Shown here piece by piece: positions 38,401 to 50,400 of a stretch of 64,000 bases of DNA; the stretch's first letter is position 1; each line of letters starts with the position of its first letter. Under the pieces are notes generated by a model. That model worked only from the letters and a program-made list of their open reading frames with translations, made no database searches and had not been told where the DNA came from. Source of the DNA: Orbicella franksi. Its lineage: Eukaryota. Location: assembly GCA_964199315.1 (NCBI GenBank), contig OZ116699.1, positions 22,878,001 to 22,942,000 of the forward strand, given 5' to 3'. Made by a program: the position numbers and the translations under genes.

Positions 38401-41400
38401 ACAGCAATCAAACGCCTCACTTCGGATCCTCGCTTCCCAAACAATGCAACTAAACGTCAATATATTCCAATATTTAGAGAAAGGACTTTTGCTTCCAACT
38501 ATGGAAGTCGATACCGTTCTTATTTCCTCGCCAAGGAAACAGGCAACTACACGTTTTACACGTTCTGCGATGATTACTGTCAGGTGTTTCTGAGCAGTGA
38601 CGTCAATCCCAGAAATAAGCGGCTGATTATTGATCAGAGAAGGGCGGAAAAGGTCCCAAACGTAAGCAACTGTTGCAGGTAAAGTAGCCCATGTTCTTTC
38701 TTTAGTTTTCTCCTCAAGGTAGAGAGGTGTACTGAAAATTTCCGTGTTGCCTTGCTCTTCAAATATAAATATTTTTTACTTGACAACCATATAGCTTATA
38801 AAAGACCATGTAATGCTGGGCACGCATACCTTTCACCGGTTTTTAAAAGTCACACAGTAACTATGCTACAGAGATTTCAATTTCTATTAGTATAAATGAT
38901 CTACTGCAAGCCGTACACAATCGTCGTCTGTCTAACCATAATATCAAAGGGGATCTTCTTTTTTGGTTCGTTGGCCGAGTAAATATTGGCTTAACTGGTG
39001 TGTGCTAAATAGGAGCACTCAGCAAAATAAAAAGGATCAGGAAAGTGCCAATCACTAATCTTAATTCAATATTCTTCCCCGTCTTCCTTGAAACGATTCT
39101 CATTGATCTGACATGAAGAGGCCTTATAAATAGCATTTGACTGAACTCTGTTTTTCTTCCACTTTATTTACAGCGATTCCAAACTAAAAGATTACCAGAT
39201 TTCTCTTCCCCAAGAATTAGAGGAGACGCGACTTTATTACATGGATGTCTTGCACAAACAAGGTATAGGTTTTGCCCGGATGTACGTTGCAATGAGAACA
39301 CCAAGCGGTGAGATGAAAATGCCAATTAGCAGCGAATACTTGGTGAAACATTTAACCAAGCAAGGTGAGTAGCATCACCGAGGAAAAAAATTCGTCTCCC
39401 TAAATTGAATCTACAAAGACAACTGAAGAAAAGTTGGTGTTTTGTTCCATAGTCCAGTTTCGAGATAACTAAGACCGCTCAATAACTGAGTAGACTCGTC
39501 TGCACAGTGTTATCCTCAATCTGAAGTAAATTATTCAAAAATACCGGAACGAAAATGATAAAGGTCAGTACTTCAGGCTCTCACTTGTATTGCGAATACT
39601 TTTTCAGGCAGAGATCTGTACAGATGCGTCTCTAGTCTTTATAGTCTCTTATTCTTCATCTATATTAAATGACGTAGGTCGTGATTTCCATGTCTACGAC
39701 TACAAAAATATGGAAATTGCCAATAAATCTTATTTTGAAATGCTTTCCGTCAGATGTTCCAGGTGAGGATTGCAAAATTGAAGGAGATCCCAATTATCCT
39801 GATTACGTCAACTGCAAAGAACTTTCAGAGTCGCAAAAGGTAAGAAATTACTTAATGTATGTATCGAATTCATGGGGATCATCTCCAGGTAATGACCGTC
39901 ACTCGAGTAACAGTGACTACTTTAGTTCATAGACTGACCGTGTCTTATCGATACTGAAAGATTTGCAGTTTCGAGTTGACAATGCTGTAAGCCCTACAGT
40001 TGAATTCCTTCTTCCTTCTTGTATCGAATTTATGAGGATTATTTCAAGGTAATTACAGTCACTAGTGTAACAGCGATTGCTTTACTTCACAGACTGATCG
40101 TGTCTTATCGATACTGAAAGATTTGCGATCTCGAGTTGACAATGCTGTAAGCCCTACAGCTGAATTCCTTCTTGACACAATTACGGTAAGATATATCTCA
40201 TGATAACAGTAGATCTTTCTCAGCTATTTTATGTTAAGAGACCTGTAAATTTAAGGCTTATCTCTTTCATGCGATACATATTTTGCACACAAAAAATCTA
40301 GAAAAACTTAGTAAGAGGGAAATTTCATAAATTCCGTCGCTTAAACGGAAACAAAATTCTAATACGGCTTTTAACATGATCATCTCTTTTAAATAAAACA
40401 ACAGATGGTTGTTTTTAGAAATATCATCTCAAGACGTCCGTTTCTGCCCTTTCAGTATCAATGATAAGAACGACTACAAAGAGTACAGACCCCTATAGCT
40501 TATACTATGGTTTCTCTAACGTGCCATGTGTCAGCACTTACTAAACTTACGCATCTCATATTCAAACTTGCAATTTACTTCAGTCTTCAATAATAACGCT
40601 TTTATAGACCGCTGGGAAGAAGACAAGTGATCTTCTGGAAAGCCTTGATGATTCTGATGAAGATCGAAACGTGAGCGAATCAAACGGTGCCTTTGAAATC
40701 GCCAGAGAAGTTGAAACGCTTGGTGAAAGCATTGCATCGCGTCTCAACAACACTACTCCGGTGATAGCTGTCAGTTACCCAAGTTTAGGTAAATACTACT
40801 TTATGACTTTGTAACCTCTGTTGACTTTGGAAACATTCCAGTTTACGACAAAATATTTACGGGTGAAGATTTCAGGGTGAAGATGAAGATGGCATTATTT
40901 CGAAAACGTTTGTTTCTGTTTTTTGTTTTTACTTTTTAGCCATTTTTTAAACATTCTTAGCCTTGTGCATGTTTTGTCACAATATCAAGCGAATTTTATG
41001 GACATTGCCGTTTATACTGGAACTGAGAACGGTTATAGACCACAACAACTGTTGTTCTGGTTCGTAAATATCACATTCCTCAATTTCATTGGGCAATATG
41101 ATAGATAACAAAATTGTTCTATCAGAAGGTGTCACTTTTACACTCATTCAACTATCAACAAAAGGAGAGATCGAACTCTTGATAACTTGCTACAAAGGTA
41201 GTTGTTTAGCTCTAGGTTTGCTATCGTTGTTTTCCAATGCAATTCCGTTCTCCGTAATCCAGTCATGTAGGTCGTGTCGGCACGTTACGTTTCAACCACA
41301 TTTAAAAACGATCTTCCCATCTTACGCCTTCCGGTCTCATGCATTGTAAGGATTACCGATATAATAACAGGGGGAGGGCTGGGAATCCCATGTGAAAAGA

Positions 41401-44400
41401 TCAGAAACGCTTGTCGGAAAATTTGAATCAAACCCGTAAAGGAGACCAATCTAGGCGTGGCTCGACCTCTCTAAAAGGTTCCACTTTAAAATGAACTTGA
41501 CAGCATTTCTCACTATTTCTTCGAGAGCAGTTCTAAAAGATACCTTGGCAGCTAACAAATAGCGGCGTTTAGTTTTAGATTCTAAATGAAACTCAAATCT
41601 GAGATTTACAGACCTAATCGTATATATAACAAAATTCTCGATCGTGATTGGTTTTCCGCGCGCCTATTTAGTACGTAATCGGCGCGCGATCACGTGGGTG
41701 TCCAATTACAGGTATCCAATTTGAACTTATTGCAATTGGATACCGACGTGATTCGCACGTCAATTACGCGCTTTAATGGGTTCCTTCGCAACAATTCCTG
41801 CAGTTTTCAAAACTTATGAAAAGCGCTAAAGACGTTTTCGCTCCAAAGAAGTTTTTAAAAGACATTTCTAATTCCGAAATTTGTTATAGATACGATTAAT
41901 TCGTAATAGGACCTCGTGTCGTACAATTTAGGTAGTAATCACGCGATTACTCCCTGAATTGCATTTCACTCAGTCCAGTTACTATTACTAAGCGAAAAGA
42001 CGACCATCCCCGACGTTTCTACACGGAAGTCCTAATTTACCTCCCTGTCCCCGTTCAAAGTATTACAAAAATAATGGTATTATTCATGCGTTGTTAATAT
42101 TGGCAATACGACATCTACAGAAACACAAAGTCGCTACGTTTCTATTTTGAAAAAGACAGACGTTCATTGTGATTCAGTTTAAAACAATACTTGTTATTCT
42201 CTCTTTCGTTTCAGATATGAAAGCATGCTATGGAGAGCTAAACGCTTCTTTTGATGGCGCTACTTCTCCCACAGAAAACAGCATTACAATTTTGCCAGGA
42301 AATTCAACGCAAAATCTGGAGTTATACAACGGTACGTTTTACTCTTCAAATTCCAGGTAACGCCCAGAAAGCACAAAAATGTGTCAAGTGAATTCTAACT
42401 TGATTAATACCTGAAAGCGCATTGCATTGGAACGATGACCTCTATTCTTCACATTTCTTTACCCTAGGAAACAATAGTTTTTATGCGACAAAAACATTCT
42501 TGGAAGATCGCTCTGTAAGTCTAAAGTTGTAGTGAGCTACATCTGATTACACAGTATTCTGATCTCGTGTCATCGGCGCCACAGGAAAGGCGCGGTTTTT
42601 TGCAGCCTTTTACAGGACATTGGGCGACGAGGTGCAAAACAACATCAGCCAAGTATACAGGTGGGTAAATAGTATTAATCATATGTGAAGTTTTTTTCCC
42701 GAAATTGCTGGAGCTTACTACATTCACATTAATATGTTTGAGGCAATATATCAAACACGAGAGACAGCGTTTCATCGGGAAATCCAAACACCGAGAAGAG
42801 AGCTGAGCTGAGCAGCGGAGTATTTTTGCCGAAATTCGAGGTTAAAAGGACGTATTTGTATTTTCCAAGAACTATCGCCGACTGGAACTGCCTCACAAGG
42901 AGATAGTTACCTCTACTTCCTTAGATTCTTTCAAATCCAATCTGTCAACTGTTTTATAGTAATTCTTTTAGATTCACTTAGTGTTTTCATTATCTATTCA
43001 GGGTGTCTAGCAGCATGGTTGTTCACAAATTTAAAAAAAAAAAAAATGGAAACTCATGATGGAAAAAATAAGAAAAATAGGAACTTTCTCTCAAAAAATA
43101 GGAAAATCAATGCTACTTTGATGGAAAAAGATATAGTTAGTTCTCATTGTGATAACAACATCAGTTTGTTTAACAATAGATTTTAAATAACAAATAATTG
43201 AAGGGCAATCGGCAATCATTTGTCAAATTGACATTTGAATATTTTCTTAGAAACAACACCAGTGATTCTACAATGAATTCCTCAATTCGAATTCCCTGGT
43301 TTTAACAGTTCTTTAAAACAACTGAACTAGCTTTTGAGAACTTTAACATGAAACCAGCAGATAATAGCAAACACAGCAAATCCTTAGTGAAGGTTAAAAA
43401 CAACAGTTCACTCTTTGCTTCGCATAAAACGACAGTTCACCCTTAATTTGACTTTAAAACGTCAGTTCTACAATAATTATTTGACTTTAAGACAATAGTT
43501 AACCTTAAATATATGGCGTAACAACGACGGTTGACCCTTAATTTGACCTCTTTTTCTTTGAAGGAGAAGCAGAAATTTGGTAGAGCTTTTTCCATTAGAT
43601 AATCAGATATCTGTACGTGAGGAACAGTTCAGCGTAAGGACATATATGGATACCTAATGTATTTTCAATGGGTTAATGCAGAATATCATCTGTTGACTTC
43701 AACTTGGTCAACTGAACTACATTTATAAGACTAGTAGATACAATAGGAGCAGTAGAAAATCATTGACAATATGGTTCAAACAGTAAATCTAAGTTATGAC
43801 CACAAATCCAATAAGCAAAAGTGAGCAAAGAATTAATTACTGTCGTTAACATTTTTGTTGATTTAGAACATCAAAGACATGACAGCAATTGCTTTATGCT
43901 AAATCTAAATCTGAAACACCCGAGGCCCCAAATCCATTTTAATTTTGTAACACACTCTGCTTAATCAGAAAAAAAAAAAAGAAAAAATAGGTTTCATTTA
44001 AAAAAAAGGAGAAGATAGGAATCTACTCAAAAACGATGATAGCAAAAAATAGGAACTGGACACCCTGTTAATATTTTTTAACCGTTTTTACAGCCGGTAT
44101 GTTGTCTTGGGATTTTACCAGCTCAACCTATACAGATATAGATGTTAATAAAAAAGCTTAGGTTATGCATACAGCAGTGAAATCATTGGTGTATTTTATC
44201 CCAGTGGCAATACATCTAGTCAGCGGATCCCGTATTACCTGAACAGCAGGATTATATCAGGGTCGGTAATTCATGCTGCAAACGAGTCCTTCCATGGTGA
44301 TGTTTACATTCGACTAGAACACACCAAGGTATGTAAATAAACAGAATGCTTTCTTTCTTAACAACATTTTAACCTGATGTCAACGCACGATTTCTCTTTA

Positions 44401-47400
44401 CCATTTCAATGCATTCACAAACCCCTAGTTGGGAGACAGGCTATGTATCATTTATTCGTCGCGATTTTTCTCAGTTCCATCTACATTCACGCGCGGCGTT
44501 GTATGAAAAAAAAAAAAAAAATTGACTGCGTTTTGAGCACACTCAACATGAAAAAGGAAAACACGCAAATTAAAAATTGTTTAATTTTGGAACGCTGGTG
44601 TCACCCTCCTTCAAACATGCTGGTCAGAACGGCGAGATGCGAAACACAGCAGACAGTAGTAATAGCTGTGTTTTTTAATTTGATATTACGATGAAGCTGA
44701 CCTGCCTAGCAATGACAAGATCGTCAGTCCCGTCAGAAAATTGTGAACGAATGCTTTGTTCAGCCGGAACATTTAGCGACTATGTTGGGTTAATAGGGTT
44801 TACTTAAAAAAAAAAAAACGAAGAAAAAACCACAAACAGCTTACCATTTCTAAATCTTTGCTAAAACGATGAAATCCTTGTTCTTATTAGTTCAGCAGCT
44901 CCGACAAGATGGCAATGGAGTGTGCTTTTTGGCGATACACGAACAGGTGAGATATATGACAAAAATAGTGACAGACAACTGATTTATTACTACATACCTT
45001 GTAATTTAAATCGACTCCCTAAATTACTGTGTGACAATAAAGACAGCCACAATAGTTATTGATTACTTCCACAAAGCAAAAATTGCTTTTTTTGCGCAAG
45101 AAACCAAGATTATAGTAAAGGTAGTATACACTCCACGGGAGAATGTTTGCTTCGTGTACCACCATGCACATCAGACGGTTTGGAGATGGTTTGCTGCGTT
45201 ATGTTTCGCCGTGTTCGATGCAGAAACAGGAAAGAAATGTGGCAAAGATTGTGAAAGAAAACTGACTTATTGCTTTATAACTTGTAATTTATATCAGCTC
45301 CCTAAATTACTGTTTGACAACAAAGACACAGCGCCAGTATTTTTTAATTACTCTTACGTAAAAAAATTACTTTCTTGCGCAAGAAACATAAATTATAGTG
45401 CAACATATGTTCCACGACAGATGATTTACAACATGTGCCGCCATTTTACCTCAGTGTCACTCGATTCATCGTATGACGTTAACCTGAGGAGCATTATCGT
45501 GAAGACTTTGTTTCATTTCTAGTTAAGAGTGCTAAAATTGTAAGTTTCTGCCTTCGCTCCTAAACTGATGATATGCACCACGTACACTAACAGAAATATA
45601 TTTGAAGAATTTTTCAAGGGAGGGCAAAATGTATTTCTTCTAAGAATCAAATTAGCTTGTATTATGTTTTTTTCCAACCGGGATAATCAGACCTTTATAA
45701 ATCACTCCCTGTGAATATCACACCACGTGACGCCTACCACTTAACTCGAGGCCATTTTTTATTATTATAATTATGGTTGTGTAAAATAGCGTCTAACATT
45801 TTTACATTTATTCTCTGGCTTGTCACTGTTTGACTAATACATTTTTTGCTGCTTCTCTCTCTCGCGATCCATATTCAGCGCATCTCTTAGTTTCTCGAAT
45901 AAGGCTCCCTCCCCTATTTGTGGTATTATTTGAGCCCTTCACTTATAACTGAATTTTTTTTTTCTGTACAGCTGAGCGAAGCGAAAGAGAATAGAATTGG
46001 ATTTATTTTCAGTGATTTTTGAACGACATGACGACAGAATTTGAAAGCGACCGCCAGACGTTTTGAATTTGAGATTAAAGCTTAGCAATTGCGTAACTCT
46101 TGATAAAATCCCTTTTAGACTGTTTCCGTGTACTAATATAAACGAAACAATTTCCGTCAACGCAACCTCCGTCTTTTGGATTTTGACTTTTCAAAGTCAT
46201 ACTCATCAATGACAACAATCACCGTCAAAAAATGAAAACTTTTTTTTTTTTTTCACTTTTTTAGCCCCCATGTAGGCAATCCTCATTTCTTACCGCACTA
46301 GTTGGAAGATAATAATTTTCACTCTCTTCGCACTTCAGAAAGAAAAGAAAACAGAATAGAAAACATAGATATTTTAGAAACGTTTATTATCACTAACAAC
46401 AAGGATTGATAGTACTTTTACTGTCTTGGTGGACGATCTATTTCAGGTGATTGTACACTAACAAGAGAAAATCAGGGGACAGAGAGGGAAACGCCCTACC
46501 CTTGGGATATGTTAATTTTAGTTAAGTTATTTTTAAATGTCACAGAAACGGAAATCAGTTTCCCGAGACATCCGCAAAGTTAGCAGGCGCGCTTAATCCA
46601 ATGAAATTCAAAATGGTGTTGCGCGTGGAATTACGCTTTGTTTCCTCTTTTTCTCTTGACGCCAATGTTAACTCTAGTGATCAATATTTCTCGTTAGCTC
46701 GACTAGTAATTCGACAGGCCACTGGTCTACTGATGGATGCTACAAAGACGAGAAGCTGTCGAATGATCAAGCTACTGTGTGTCGCTGTAATCACCTGACA
46801 CACTTTGCTGTTCTTATGAGAGTTACTGATGATGACAAGGTGAACACAACGAATTTCAAACATGATACGTGCATAAAACGTAGTGCTGGTAGTACATCTA
46901 ATTTGTACTCAAGAGCGCAGAACTTCTGGTAACTTCCGTGTAACTCGTCAGAATGAATCCAACTACTAACGAACACTTTGCAATGTTATGCTCTACGCAA
47001 CAATATCATCTATTAGTATGATTCTACTAGTTTACTAATGCAAATGCTGCAATCTGATTGGCTGAGCTACTCGTACACTATCAGCCATTAGTGTGCAATG
47101 GCTGGAGGTCGTCAGCAAAATAACGAAGTTTTCTCGTTTTTGCGAAGTAGTACGATGAACATTTAGATACAAATGGATAATTAAATTCCTGAGAAGACTA
47201 AAAGATGGATTTCGTGACTTTAAAAAACTACAAGATATTAAGAAGACTGATGAGCGCGCGTACACAACAGGAAATGCAAAACGACAATTCAGTCTGCGCG
47301 ATGTTTCTAAAGCGTAAAATTAAATACAGTGTACAAAAGCAATTTGAAATGGTAACCTGAAGAAAATTTAAGTAAGAATTCTACTAAAACAATTAGATTA

Positions 47401-50400
47401 TTCGCTCTCGATTTCTATGGGGTGATAATTGATGAGGCCGAAGGCCGAGTATAAATCTCGAGCTCATAATCTAATTGTTAATGAGAGAACAAAGTTATTT
47501 TTTTCTGAAGAAACAGATGGGCAGCGTCGACGGGCAAGTGAAATGTTTAGCTGTTTATCAACTTGAAGCTGATAAAGGTATGTTAATCGACGTAAAGAGT
47601 TTAGGAAGCTAACTTTGTATCGTTAGACCTTTGTCAGAGCGAAATCACTTTGCGCATGCCATGGCATGGGCTAACGCTACGATCACGCAACAGCAAAACA
47701 CTTACCTTTATCAGCTTCAAGTTGATACATAACTAAGAAGCAACGTCTAGTTTCGTTATTTCTTTGCTTTTTTTAAGTTGGTATGTATATTTGTTTTCTT
47801 CAAGTTTTTTGTTTCCTTTAACAAATAAAGGATATGAAACATTTCGCTTTCCTCGAGAGAAAAGATTTCAGTGATTTTTTTTTTTTTTTAAATCAAAACC
47901 ACAATTATTTTAAGCGGTTTATGGTACACGAGGTATTTACTTGCATAGGTCACCAAGCCAGGTGAGGAACACATTCAAGCCTTGGAAATGATCACATACG
48001 TCGGTTGCGGTTTATCCCTACTGGGCGAGGCTCTTACTATTATCACGATCACTTTCCTTAAGTAAGTAAACTAAACACCTTGGAAGTTATCTGAGACTAT
48101 GTAGAATAGGAGATGTCTTTCTCCAAGTTAGTTGTTGTGAATGAGAATTAAACCTAAAGGAACACCTGCCAACGACTTAGAAGAGGCAGAAAAGAAGCAA
48201 ATATTCCGGGAGTGTATTCATTTGGCATTTTGAACCAACAGTTTACATAGTACAAGTTATTTCCATAATTTCACTTATTGTGAGAGAGCATTGCGGCGGA
48301 AGGTCTATTGTCATCCGCTGCGCGCGCAGAAGTTGTTGCACAACCTCGCGAAGTACAACATTTCTATTTGTATCAATTTGTATTTTCCTCTACAGGTTGA
48401 CTAGAACAGAGACAAGTATCATTCATCTAAACCTTGTTTTAGCATTAGCAGTCGCTCAGATTGTGTTTCTTACTGGAATTGAGGCCACGCAAAATAAGGT
48501 GATTTCAACGTTTTACCATTTTGAAACATTTTTGCTCAACTATTCACACGCTAAGACCCTGAAAACTTAATACCACGTGATCATTCATTTTGGTTTGCTC
48601 GCCTACTAAATAAATTTTTTAACAATTAAATCAAGAATGCCGAAACCACAAAGAGAGTCTCCATCTTTTTTTCTTCTAGTTTTAGTAAGAAATGTAACCA
48701 ACGCTTTACCTTTAACTCGTGGAAGTCGAAATTCACATTTTTCTATCTGTTTAATTCCATCAGGCAGCTTGCAAGATCGTGGCCGTCCTTCTACATTACT
48801 TTAACTTAGTCTCGTTCAGCTGGATGTTAATCGAGGGGGTCTGGCTCTACGTTATGATCGTTCGAGTCTTTGAGACCGGACACAGCAGAATAAAGAAATA
48901 CTGCGCATGTGCTTGGGGTAAGGTACCCTGCATGCTAAAGAAAATAATCTGTTCCGTCGTCTTACGCTTTTCATAATCAAGCCTACATTTGAATTCTCTG
49001 TCATTTTCTGTCACACTCTGCTTACTTGTTAACTGTGATAATGTAATGACGTAAGGTTAGTGCCTTGCCTGACTAATCGGTAAGGCTAGTTCTGTGAAGA
49101 ACTCATCTTCAAATCCATGAATTACCGTTCTTTAAATCAATCAATCTCATTATAAATTGACTTGACGTAAGTTTCCTGCGGTGGAAAATAACCTAACCGT
49201 TTTGTAGGGATTCCAGGTTCAGCTTTTAACCTGCGACTTCAAAAAGAAATGCGTGGATGACAGTGAAACATTATTGATTTTTACTTTAAATTGGAATCAA
49301 CAGGAATTCCATTTGTATTTGTTGTCATCACATTATCAGCAAGTTTTGACGGCTATGGAACAGACACAAGGTCTGTATATATCCGATGTGTCATTAGTTA
49401 AACGTTAGTAGACTTATGTCTTAGTGGTTCGCTGGCTGGTTGGTTATAGCTTACCGCCTAGCTGAAACAAATGTGGATGATCGATTACATGGCGGATCTA
49501 TACGTGCTCGCCGAGAGGTGAGAGAGAGTGAAGGCGTGACGTTTCGGATCCTTGGTACCTTCTCCTGGTTCCGCCACCCCCCTGTATTCAACGCCTAGGT
49601 GGTTAAAAGTTTGCAACAAACCGCGTTCTGGTTATTGTAACTCCGGTTGCGTTTTATATCTTAGCGCCTTTTCTTGTTATTTCACAGTTGCTGGTTATCT
49701 GTACAGAAAGGAACCATTTGGAGTTTTGTAGTGCCAGTTCTTCTTATTGCACTGGTAAGAGAAAACCGATTTCAATCCGGTTGTATTTTTGTCGAGAATT
49801 TCCAACTGACAGTAGACCTAACGGTAACGTTACGTTCATTATTTTTTGCAGGTAAATTCAATCATACTTGGTATGGTTGTGAAAGAGATACTAAGATTGA
49901 ATCATCCAACGATGGGAGACGACACTAAATATCAGTCTGCAAGGTAGGCGAAGAATGTAGCGACCGCGTTTTCTACGGAAGAACAATGTCATACTGGTTG
50001 GTTTCAAAAAAGTAAAAGAAAAATATCAAAATTACAGAAAAGCTGTTGAAAAGCATCAGTTAAATGAACCAATGTTGCTATATTAAACAAAACTTCAATT
50101 CTCGTCGTTTGACTAGACTCTAATGGGAAATGTTGATTCGCATTTTTGAGTCTTAAAGGCGAAAGATCAAAATATATGCAACTACACTAAAAAAAATGAT
50201 GAAACAAAGAAAATAAATACAGTAAAAAGCTAACAAAACCCTTAATTGCATTCATCTTAGTTTCATTCAGGATTTGATTCTAAAGACTCACGTCTGCTGA
50301 GTCTGACGTTTCTTCAATAAGAAATAAAGACCTCATTCATAGTTAATTCGTAAAGAATACAGTTCCCTGACTTCCTGTAAGTAACAAGCCTGTGTTTTTA

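Noticed and set aside
42468-42514. Candidate extra aGPCR exon ([16 protein letters not shown])
   Set aside because: Starts in phase 1 and ends in phase 0, with no compatible next exon; the 42585 exon gives a better GAIN motif.
44094-44161. Possible 3-nt microexon (AG|CCG|GTATGT), or premature stops inactivating the aGPCR
   Set aside because: The acceptor ending at 44204 gives a complete in-frame model, so neither a microexon nor pseudogenisation is needed.
45031-45522. 163 aa ORF inside an aGPCR intron
   Set aside because: GTG start, spans a direct repeat, and has no domain.
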